From assembly GCF_054482595.1 (NCBI RefSeq), contig NZ_CM137008.1: a stretch of DNA of 64,000 nt. One strand, 5' to 3'. The number at the start of each line of letters is the position of its first letter. Positions within the stretch are counted from its first letter, which is position 1. The notes under the pieces were generated by a model. The model made no database searches and was not told the origin of the DNA. It saw only the letters and a list, made by a program, of their open reading frames with translations. This document shows positions 48,237 through 59,154 of this stretch, piece by piece. Made by a program: the position numbers and the translations under genes.

Positions 48237-48353
48237 TATTCTATTAACTTGAGAAACACAACGCAAGGGGACAACCCGGGTATGGCTGCGTTTGCATAGT
48301 GTTTTCATGGAGTTAAAAATCTGTAACAACAGCCTGGTACATCACCACCGGGT

Positions 48354-49226
48354 TCAGAAGAAAATCCAGTTCCATACCGCGCGGGCAACAGAGACCACCG
48401 AGTCACGGACGGCGCGCAGAACCGTGCGTGCAACAGAGGCAATGCAGACGCTCTCCGCCGTGTCAAATATCCGGTCCACCGCACCGGTAAACTGTTCACG
48501 GGCCTGAGACCGGACAGACTCCGTGCGCAGCTCGTCCTGCAGGCGGGTCATCAGGGGACTGGCGGCATGGTCGGGAAGTGCTGTCATGAGCGCACTGACC
48601 AGCGTATCCAGTTCCCAGCCGGTGCGGGCCGATACGGCAACAACCCGATGTACGGGCCGGAACAGACGGAATACCGCCTCCGTTTTTTCGCGAATGTTCT
48701 GTGCCTGTGCGGGAGAAGGCTGAATACCGGCCATATCCCATTCATGGCAGGGCTCCGTTTTATCGGCCTGCATCACCACAAACAGTACCCGCTGATGTCC
48801 CCGGTGCAGGATGTGTCGCCAGAAATACTCATCCACAGACAGGGCACGGTCATCGGCTTTAATCAGCCACAGTACCAGGTCCAGTTCGGGCAGAATGTCA
48901 CGGTACAGGGCTTCATACTCTGCATCCCTGTCCCGGCTCTCGCCCACCCCGGGCAGGTCAGTGATAACCATGCTGTGACCATGGCCATTCAGACGGAAGC
49001 GCTGCACTTCCCGGGTGCCGGCGTGAACATCACTGACCGGGGTGACCTCCCCCTGAAACAGCGCATTACAGAGTGAGGATTTACCGGCCCCGCTTTTCCC
49101 CATAATGCCAATCACGGGTTCGTGACTGGTGAGTTTGCGCAGATGTTCCAGGATGTGACGGGAAAGTGAGTAAGGCAGGGAGGAGAGCGGTTTTTCGATT
49201 GCCTCAATGGCATCAGACGGATTCAT
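48354..49226 (-). CDS. yeeP: YeeP/YfjP/YkfA-family small GTPase (island backbone)
   Basis: P-loop GIMGKSGAGKSSLCNAL, G3 ITDLPGVGE, G4 VMQADKTE; start set at MNPSDAIEAIEK (GGGAA Shine-Dalgarno), about 290 aa. Confidence 0.7.
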   Translation of the reverse strand: MNPSDAIEAIEKPLSSLPYSLSRHILEHLRKLTSHEPVIGIMGKSGAGKSSLCNALFQGEVTPVSDVHAGTREVQRFRLNGHGHSMVITDLPGVGESRDRDAEYEALYRDILPELDLVLWLIKADDRALSVDEYFWRHILHRGHQRVLFVVMQADKTEPCHEWDMAGIQPSPAQAQNIREKTEAVFRLFRPVHRVVAVSARTGWELDTLVSALMTALPDHAASPLMTRLQDELRTESVRSQAREQFTGAVDRIFDTAESVCIASVARTVLRAVRDSVVSVARAVWNWIFF

Positions 49227-49309
49227 ACATGTATTCCCGGTGAAAAAAGACAAAACCCCGCGCACCGGAAAGGTGGCGGGGGATTCACGGAAATAATATC
49301 TGTCTGAAA

Positions 49310-50473
49310 TTATCTGGAATCGATTTGGCTGTTCTGCCTGGTTGCCACCAAATCATGGTACGCCTGCTCAATCATTTCATTCAGCAGTTTTTTTGGGAGG
49401 ACACCACGACTTCGGGCAATACTTTCAAGCTGTTTGTGGATTTTTCCGGACAGTTTCAGAGGGACGGAACCATCAGCACGTTCATCACGCCTTTTTTGTT
49501 GCTCCCGGGCACTTTTCAGCTCATCAAGAAGAATCGCTTTATGCTGAATCCTGGGGGCCTGGAAGGAGACCTGCGTAAACTTCGCTCTGTTCCGTCTGGG
49601 ATTACTTTCCAGTAAAAACTGTACCTGTTGCTCATTCCAGCCCTCCCAGTTATCAAACGTGGCGCAGGCAAACCAGTATTTCTGCTCCGGGGTAAGGGGA
49701 TTCAGCGGGGTTCCCACACACCGGACCTGCATGGCGTTCCATAACCAGTCACACTGTTCACTGTCCCTGCTGTCCACCCACGAAAAGGGGGAGGGGTAAT
49801 CATTGTTTATGCTGGCCCATTCAGAGAATACTGAGTTGATAATCGTCCTCGTAGCCTCTGGTCCGGATTTCAGCAGGTAACTGGAGCAGAACCATATAAT
49901 TTCACGGTAGATTTTATCCGGATGCACGGTGCGCATCGGCTTTTCTCTGGGACCGGCAATCTTCGGTTGCGATGGAAACCCCGTGGCAAACCGCAGATGT
50001 TCCGGGGGCATTCCTGAACGTTTTTCAGGAATGGGTGTGAGTCCTGCGTTTCTGGTCTTTTCCGCTTGTCCGGTATTGCCTCCGGCCGGAGTGTTGTCGG
50101 GAGTATCTTCCGGAGGCGAGGTGTTTTCATTAGTTGGGGGAACAACAGCAGAACTGTCCATCTCCGGAATGGGTTGAGGGGCATAATCACTGTGGTAGCC
50201 AGGGGAAAGCGTTAAGTCCCGAAGGGTGACATCAGGTTCCGGGCAGTGAGTGCCACCGGGAGTGAACGGGAGTTGTTGCTTTTGGGAGAAAAATGTATTG
50301 TGAATGCGGGTATACAGCTGGAACAGAAAAAAATAAGATGCCCGTGGTTCTTTTTTTAACCACTGTGTATATTCCTCTATGGCACCGAGCTGTTGTTTGT
50401 GCCGTTTTACAGCATCGATATACGGACAGCTGGTGCAGATATCATCCAGTTCCTTTCCCACAATACACCTCAC
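49310..50473 (-). CDS. Hypothetical protein (Pro/Thr-rich linker; basic C-terminal helical region)
   Basis: 387-aa ORF with no recognisable family; no canonical ATG near the 5' end (the listed start is GTG), so the start is uncertain. Confidence 0.35.
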   Translation of the reverse strand: MRCIVGKELDDICTSCPYIDAVKRHKQQLGAIEEYTQWLKKEPRASYFFLFQLYTRIHNTFFSQKQQLPFTPGGTHCPEPDVTLRDLTLSPGYHSDYAPQPIPEMDSSAVVPPTNENTSPPEDTPDNTPAGGNTGQAEKTRNAGLTPIPEKRSGMPPEHLRFATGFPSQPKIAGPREKPMRTVHPDKIYREIIWFCSSYLLKSGPEATRTIINSVFSEWASINNDYPSPFSWVDSRDSEQCDWLWNAMQVRCVGTPLNPLTPEQKYWFACATFDNWEGWNEQQVQFLLESNPRRNRAKFTQVSFQAPRIQHKAILLDELKSAREQQKRRDERADGSVPLKLSGKIHKQLESIARSRGVLPKKLLNEMIEQAYHDLVATRQNSQIDSR

Positions 50474-51993
50474 CTGCTTTTCTCACATTTGCAGATTTTA
50501 AAAAAGCAAACAAAAACCTCCGTACATGATGTACAGAACAATCTACCAGGTAGTGGCGTCAGAAAACCTCCGGGCCGCCTGCACTTTCCGGAATGCGCCG
50601 GTTATGAAAAACCGGAAATTCAGTCTCTGTTGTAAGATGTACCCTCTGATACTACGTTTTCTCTGTGTATTTAACTCACTGTATTTATTGTCTTTTTAAG
50701 CTTGACTAATATTCTCCGGTCATAGTGTGCCGGATACACATCCCGTAAACTTCTCATTTTTATATAAAAATACCTGCACTCTCTTCAGCGCATCTGTCTC
50801 CTTTAAGTAAAAAATGTTTTTACGTATTGCTGTAAATTCATTTTAAATCAGTATATTACCTTGATATTGCTGTCTCCTGGTTTGATGCGTAATCGTTCTG
50901 CCTTTCTGGATGATTCTGGTGCTTCCGGGTGCATTCTCCTCTGCACATGCAACAGTTCGTCATCGCCACGCTCCCAAAAAGCATATAAAAACGAATCGAA
51001 TTTGATATTTTTTTCAATCGTTTTTCATAGGAATTTCGTAGGGTATTCTCCGCTATAACCTCCATATTTGCTGTCTTTTTCTTCATAAATCGTATGCAAT
51101 GTAGCCTGTCTGTCAAGACCTCTTCTCTGCTGTTGAGGAGACGATCTCATTTTTGGTCTTTTCCGGGAGAGAGGCTGTCAGATGAGCGAGCCGGATATAC
51201 TGTCAGAGGTACACCCCGTAGCAGACCTGTGCTCCCATTTCCGCGATCCGGAACCAACAACACCCTACGGTTAATACCATTTGAAGCGTCAGGTACTGCA
51301 GGAAGTTCCCCCCTGCGCGGACATCGGTTCCTGCCGACATCTCACAATACGGCCAGACTGTCATGCAGTAACACCCGCATGCGGTCTGCGGTTTTAAGCG
51401 CACTCTCCCGTTTTCAGTGCATCGATAATGCGTCATAGTAAGTCTGGGGGAAGTTACGGAATGCCTGTTAAGTGGTGCCGTGGGTGGAGACAGCTTACTT
51501 TTCTACAGCAACTGCAGTCATTCAGGATGATCAGGAGATATTCTGTCAATGTCACGATCCTGCCATTTTCGTACCCGCTAAGATACTTCCGTTACTGATG
51601 CTGTCCGCTTTTCACCATTTCATCCTCACTGACAGGCGTTGCGTTTTGGGTCATCACCACAGCTTTACGTTTCTCTTTTAACCGGTAACGCTCTCCTTTG
51701 ATATTCAGCGTGGTTGAGTGATGCAGCAGTCAATCCAGGAGCGCTGTTGTCCGGCAACCACCATATCAACTTCTTCCCGGGTGTGGCGGAGAGGTGGTAT
51801 CCTGGCTGAGTTTCGAAGCGAACCGTTCTTTTTGACGGGCGCATTTTACGTCCGGGCTGAATGTAGTAACGCGGCATGGAACGTCGGCCCGTATACCATT
51901 GCCTTAATCTCCGCAAAGATAACCTCGTCATTCCGGACATTCTCTGCCAGGCATATGTCGATGTAATCCATAAACGATTTCAGCTTACCCCTT

Positions 51994-53951
<1,958 letters not shown>

Positions 53952-54813
53952 TTTGTGGCCAGTCTTTCTGGCTGGCGGTTCAGGGGATGTTTTCTGGTTA
54001 TCGTGTACCACAAAGCAGGGATATTGCCCCGATAGTCACATTTCAGATTGATCGCGGTCTGAAGATGTGGCACTGAGGTAACGTGCTGGTGTCACTGGTA
54101 TTGCTGAAGTTATGGTTTTTCGGGGTCAGGTGAGCCTGTTGTGTGTATGCTTTTTGTTCAGGTCAGAGGGGGACTGTGTGGACAGCGGCTTTTGTCTCCG
54201 GGCATTCACGCCTGAACGATGAATGCGATTTTCAGCAATATTTGTCTTTGTGACACTCTCTGGTTGAGAAGCTAATGCGCGCCCCTGTTTCCACAGAGAA
54301 TGAGGCTTGCCATCAGCCGAAACATCAGTATTCCACGCCATACAGACGGCGCCTGACCATGTGCTGATGCAGGTAAAATGTTTCACTACAACTGTTCGGG
54401 TTGCTATGCAACGAAACAGCGATTCTCACGATCTTTAACTGCAACGTTTTTCCGCCTGAAAGCTGACTGCCTCCTGCTGAGGTGGGAGGCTATGATTCAG
54501 TGCGTTTATAGTCTCCGGGGTATGCATGTACCGGAGCATACCATTTCTGGTGGATAACAAGCCGGCACATTCAGACTGCAGTGAAGATGGAGGCACCTGG
54601 TTGTGAAGAACGTTTCTGCCCGTGGCTGCTTCGCATCATCAATGGTATTCATACCCGCTCAGAAATGACCGGGTGCTGAAGCCCTCCGTTATCGCGCAGT
54701 ATAATGACGTATATGATCTGTGGACGAGTGAGCGGCGTGCCTGATGTACGCCGCTATTACTGTATTTTACCACAGGGCTGGTTTTCTGCTGCCAGCCCTG
54801 TGGTTCTCAGACA

Positions 54814-55416
54814 TCAACTGTGAGCGGCATCAACCGATGTACGGTATGCCATAAGCACGTACTGATCCATCAGATTTGTCAGTGGTTCACTCTGACCCTG
54901 ACGTGCAATGATCCATTGCTCCAGATCTTTTTCTGATTTGTGTTTCAGGTTTTTCGTCCAGTCGTCAAGGCTGTTTCCGGTCATTAAGTCAAGCCAGCAG
55001 AGCCAGACCAGTTTGAGACGTAACTCCGTGCCGCCAAACTGACGGAAGAGGCTGATCAGTTTGTTTGCCAGAGAATGTTGCTTCAGGCGCTCACATTCAG
55101 ACAGCAGGATCCCTTCCAGCATCGGATGATGAACCAGCAGGTGTTCGCTGGTGCATAAATTCACCACCAGATCATCATCCAGGGACGGGGAGCTCCGTTT
55201 GTCCGGACCATAAATCAGCCGGTGCAGACTCTGGGGAACGATGGCAATCTCCGGTTTTTCGCCATTGAATGACACCCACCCGGGCGTCAGATTATGGAAA
55301 TAGTAGATATTCGGATGACACACGCCCCATGATACGGCGTGCCGGGTGAAGCCGGTCAGCCATTTCTGGTAGTTTTCATGGAGCAGCTCGTAACGGGTCT
55401 GATACTGTTGTTTCAT
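54814..55416 (-). CDS. Hypothetical protein
   Basis: ORF 54814..55431; likely start MKQQYQTRYELL with GAGGAA Shine-Dalgarno; no family recognised. Confidence 0.35.
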   Translation of the reverse strand: MKQQYQTRYELLHENYQKWLTGFTRHAVSWGVCHPNIYYFHNLTPGWVSFNGEKPEIAIVPQSLHRLIYGPDKRSSPSLDDDLVVNLCTSEHLLVHHPMLEGILLSECERLKQHSLANKLISLFRQFGGTELRLKLVWLCWLDLMTGNSLDDWTKNLKHKSEKDLEQWIIARQGQSEPLTNLMDQYVLMAYRTSVDAAHS

Positions 55417-55509
55417 TTTCATATTCCTCACGGGGGATAACAGGCAGCAGAGCGCCGCCGGCAGGCCGGAGATTGCGTCTGCTGTGGGCGAAGGGTTAGT
55501 GGTTAAAAA

Positions 55510-55716
55510 TTACAGACGGGACTGTGCAATACGCGCCTGCAGCCAGGCTTCCACTTCACTTTTCAGCCAGCGGGAGCTGCGCCCCATTTTGATGGGCGCA
55601 GGAAAGCCCCCATCTTTGATGAGTTTGTCAAACCACTTATCGGTAAGGCCGGTCAGTTGAGTGATAAACGCCATGTCGACCATCTGGTCATCCATCAGCG
55701 AAACTGGGGTAGCCAT
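55510..55716 (-). CDS. alpA: AlpA-family phage/island transcriptional regulator (HTH)
   Basis: 68 aa from MATPVSLMDDQMVDMAFITQLTGLTDKWFDKLIKDGGFPAPIKMGRSSRWLKSEVEAWL, the AlpA signature; the longer ORF to 55920 is an upstream extension through a poly-C tract. Confidence 0.6.
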   Translation of the reverse strand: MATPVSLMDDQMVDMAFITQLTGLTDKWFDKLIKDGGFPAPIKMGRSSRWLKSEVEAWLQARIAQSRL

Positions 55717-55880
55717 GAGAATGTTCCTCCGGATGTTGTTAAACCAGCCGGTGTGGTCATGAAAACAGCGCGCCACCTTCACCGGCATAACAACCGGGGA
55801 GAAACGTAAAAAATAATCGGGAATGTGGCTGTCCGGAGATAAACGGGGGGATTGCGATGGCAGAGCCGTAGCGGAATCCC

Positions 55881-55894
55881 GGGGGGGGGGGGGG
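55881..55894. repeat. Homopolymeric G tract, 14 nt (C14 on the minus strand)
   Basis: cccgggggggggggggggttgcg at 55878-55900, about 165 bp upstream of the alpA-like start. Confidence 0.9.
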
Positions 55895-56845
55895 TTGCGA
55901 AAAGATGCTTCCGCACGCACGCGCGATAAAGAGGGGATAGTTTTCGTGAGGACAGGGAGAGAAGCAGGCGTTCTGATAATTGCAGAGTTGTTTTCGGAGG
56001 TGGTTACAGTGAGTCAGCCCGTTCCTGGCGAGCAGGAGACTGATATCACCGATGGGATAAGGTTGTCTGATTGGTATTATAAATATAAGAAGTCATCAGA
56101 GAGTAACGTAAAGGATTTGCCAGAATAACCTAAGAGAGTAAATCTCTCCGGTAACAGAGCGCTGTGAAGCATTCTGTATTAGAGTGCAGATACATGAACG
56201 CTGATGCGTAAAATCAGCAGTGACACGCCAGCTCCCCCTATGCCCATTCCTGTATAAGACATGAACTGAGTGTATTAATGCTTCTGCCCTGAGACTGAGC
56301 CGGTGAGTGAGGGGCTGAGAAATCCCTCTTGACACAGCTCTAACCAGAAATACTTCCCCGGTTGTTGCGGTGCGTCCGGATCCCCGATAACGGAACACTA
56401 AGGCTGTATTGCGGGACACCGGGTAAGTAGCAGCCCGTAAGGCGTTCTGTCAACGCCAGAAAAAATGATTTCCCACACGCGTTATAGACTCACTCCTGTG
56501 GACCTGGAAGCCCGTAACTCTGCGGTTGCCCACTGACTGACGGAACTGACCGCAAATTTTACGAGTGCGTGCTGGGCTTCAGTCTGGTCACCTGAGCGTT
56601 CGGTAACGGAGGCGCGGGCGGTAATAGGCTGATTTTCAGGTATTACCGGCTTACAGCGTGTGGTTGATATTGAGGGGCTGTGAGTTTCGCGTATTTGTCA
56701 GAAACCCAGACGAGTTTTCCTGTATGGGACGAAATAAGGCAGCGGCAATACCTGGAAAAATTTAATATGGTATGAAGGAGAACCTGTCGGTTACGCTTAA
56801 TATACCCGGTACACTGTCAGCTCAGGGGATACATGAACCGTTATC

Positions 56846-57049
56846 TCACCAGCTACACAGTATATACACACTGACGCTGACAGTAGTCAGCAGGACCACA
56901 ATAATCAGTGCCAGCAGTATGGTAACGATACGGTCTGTATTCCGGTAATAGCCGAAGGGGTCGACAGAACCACAATACGGGCAACACACTGTATTATGAG
57001 TAATCGCGTTTCCACAGTCCCTGCACTTCTTTTTGCGTATCACCATCAC
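56846..57049 (-). CDS. Small zinc-ribbon membrane protein (hypothetical)
   Basis: 67 aa; CRDCGN...CCPYCGS zinc-ribbon pair then one TM helix (IVTILLALIIVVLLTTVSVSVYIL); GGAGG Shine-Dalgarno 6-7 nt upstream of the ATG. Confidence 0.3.
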   Translation of the reverse strand: MMVIRKKKCRDCGNAITHNTVCCPYCGSVDPFGYYRNTDRIVTILLALIIVVLLTTVSVSVYILCSW

Positions 57050-57245
57050 TCCCTCCTCACAGCCTTACCCGTAACCGGTTTTTTACATTAAAAAAACAAC
57101 GCTGAAAATTCAACCGTCAGTCCGGAGACGACCGTTCGGGTTATCACAGAGTGCCTGAGACAGTGTCCTGCCGGAGGTCACTTCAGGGACTCTGCGCATT
57201 TTTTACGACGTGGCTATTCCGTATGAACCATACGGAGATTTAACC

Positions 57246-57815
57246 ATGACCTACAAATACAACCCCTTCTGGCAGCAACGTATTCGTGAGACGGTGCGGC
57301 ACGCACTGAATGTTCATCCCCGCCTGACGGCATTGCGGGTTGACCTGCGTTTCCCGGATGTACCGGCAGCAACGGACGCAGCTGTGATATCCCGCTTCAT
57401 CAATGCCCTGAAAGCCCGAATCGACGCTTACCAGAAACGTAAGCATCGGGAAGGTAAACGCGTGCATCCCACAACCCTGCATTACGTCTGGGCCCGGGAG
57501 TTTGGGGAGTGCAAAGGTAAAAAACACTATCACCTGATGCTGCTGGTTAACCGGGATACCTGGTGTCGTGCCGGTGATTACCGTGCTCCGGGATCACTGG
57601 CCGGGATGATTAAACAGGCGTGGTGCAGTGCCCTGGGAGTGGATGTCGGGTGCCATGCCACGCTGGTGCATTTCCCGGCCTGGCCGGCGGTGTGGCTGGA
57701 ACGCGATGATGACACTGGCTTTCAGCAGGTGCTGGAACGTGCTGACTATCTGGCGAAGGAACATACCAAAGCTCACTGCACCGGTGAGCGCAATTTTGGC
57801 TGTAGCCGGAGTTGA
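57246..57815 (+). CDS. YagK/YfjJ-family protein (inovirus Gp2-like domain)
   Basis: 190 aa from MTYKYNPFWQQRIRETVRHALNVHPRLTALRVDLRFPD; GGAG Shine-Dalgarno 8 nt upstream; family assigned from memory. Confidence 0.5.
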   Translation: MTYKYNPFWQQRIRETVRHALNVHPRLTALRVDLRFPDVPAATDAAVISRFINALKARIDAYQKRKHREGKRVHPTTLHYVWAREFGECKGKKHYHLMLLVNRDTWCRAGDYRAPGSLAGMIKQAWCSALGVDVGCHATLVHFPAWPAVWLERDDDTGFQQVLERADYLAKEHTKAHCTGERNFGCSRS

Positions 57816-58074
57816 GCACGACTGGCGCGCCAATACCCGGCAAACCAAAAGTATGGGTTGTTGTCTGGCGGCAACGATGTATCCACTCGCCCACTGACTG
57901 TTTTTTACGTCAGTGTTCCATTGTGTGACAACCACAGTGCTGTAACAGCAACCAGCCTGCTTTACCCAAACTCCAGTCCAGATTTTAACTGAACCGCCAT
58001 TCACACCCTGACCACGCTGCCCGTACCGGGACGGCTGTTGCCTGCGTGTCGTCTGGCGGCTGAGGAATATGACT

Positions 58075-58476
58075 ATGTACGCAAAATCCTTTATCGCTCT
58101 TGATGGCAACGGACGTCTGACGGGCGCCCGTACTGCACAGGCCGCACCTTATGCTAACTACACCTGCCACTTGTGTGGCAGTGCACTCAGATACCATCCG
58201 CAATACGACACTGAACTTCCCTGGTTTGAACACACTGACGACAGGCTGACAGAGCACGGTCAACAGTGCCCTTATGTCAGGCCGGAGCGCAGAGAAATAC
58301 AGTTGATTAAACGTCTGCAGCAATTCGTACCGGATGCCTTACCCGTGGTGCGTAAAGCCAGCTGGCACTGCAGACAATGTCACCACGATTATTATGGGGA
58401 GCGGTACTGCACACACTGCCAGACCGGAGGATTCAGTATTCCCCGGACAACTCAGGAGGAAATATGCGAATTCTGA
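58075..58476 (+). CDS. Zinc-ribbon protein, paralog 1 (hypothetical)
   Basis: CHLCGS...PWFEH...CRQCHH...CTHCQTG; two CxxC pairs and a shared PWFEH motif. Confidence 0.4.
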   Translation: MYAKSFIALDGNGRLTGARTAQAAPYANYTCHLCGSALRYHPQYDTELPWFEHTDDRLTEHGQQCPYVRPERREIQLIKRLQQFVPDALPVVRKASWHCRQCHHDYYGERYCTHCQTGGFSIPRTTQEEICEF

Positions 58477-58871
58477 ACTGTTATATGGCGAATGACAGCA
58501 AAGGCCATTTTGTTACGGCGAAAGAAGCAGCGAAGCACAACCGCCAGGACGTTTTGTGCTGTGTGTCCTGTGGATGCCCGTTAACACTTCAGCGGGGCAA
58601 TGACGGACAACCACCGTGGTTTGAACATGACCAGATGACTGTCGCTGAGAAAATCCTGCTGCGATGCACCTGGCTTGACCCGGCAGAGAAAGAGGCCCGT
58701 CGTTTGCATCTGCAGGGTATGACGGTTCCGGATTATACGGTGAAGGTGAGAAAGTGGTTTTGTGTGATGTGTGACGAAAATTATGAGGGGGAAAAGTGCT
58801 GCCCGAGTTGTGGTACCGGGGTATACAGCAGGGAGGGGGGGCAGGAGGGCAACTGGAAGGATAGGAACTGA
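58464..58871 (+). CDS. Zinc-ribbon protein, paralog 2 (hypothetical)
   Basis: From MRILNCYMAND; CVSCGC...PPWFEH...CVMCDE...CPSCGTG; same motif architecture as the upstream gene; 13-nt overlap. Confidence 0.4.
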   Translation: MRILNCYMANDSKGHFVTAKEAAKHNRQDVLCCVSCGCPLTLQRGNDGQPPWFEHDQMTVAEKILLRCTWLDPAEKEARRLHLQGMTVPDYTVKVRKWFCVMCDENYEGEKCCPSCGTGVYSREGGQEGNWKDRN

Positions 58872-59154
58872 GCGGTTCAGTCGCGGAAATCAGTTGCAGA
58901 GCTGTAATGATATCTCCGGGAGTGCTGCGTTGGTAGGGGCATCCCGGGATAGAGAAATTTTAGCACTTTGCCCTGAATGATTGTAGACGTCCCGAGTACT
59001 CGTACCGGTCTGAGTTATTACAGTTAGATATTCACTTTTTCTCCCGCATACTTCACATCTGTCAACGACGGATGAAAAGTGGTTCTTCCGCAACCTGGGT
59101 GGAAGAAAATGGATGAAACTTTCTGGCGAACAAGGATCTAAGCTGTTTTAAGTT

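Noticed and set aside
55510-55920. Long form (136 aa) of the alpA-like ORF with an N-terminal poly-proline stretch
   Set aside because: The extension is produced by reading through the C14 homopolymer and has no similarity to AlpA; the 68-aa form from MATPVSL matches the family length.
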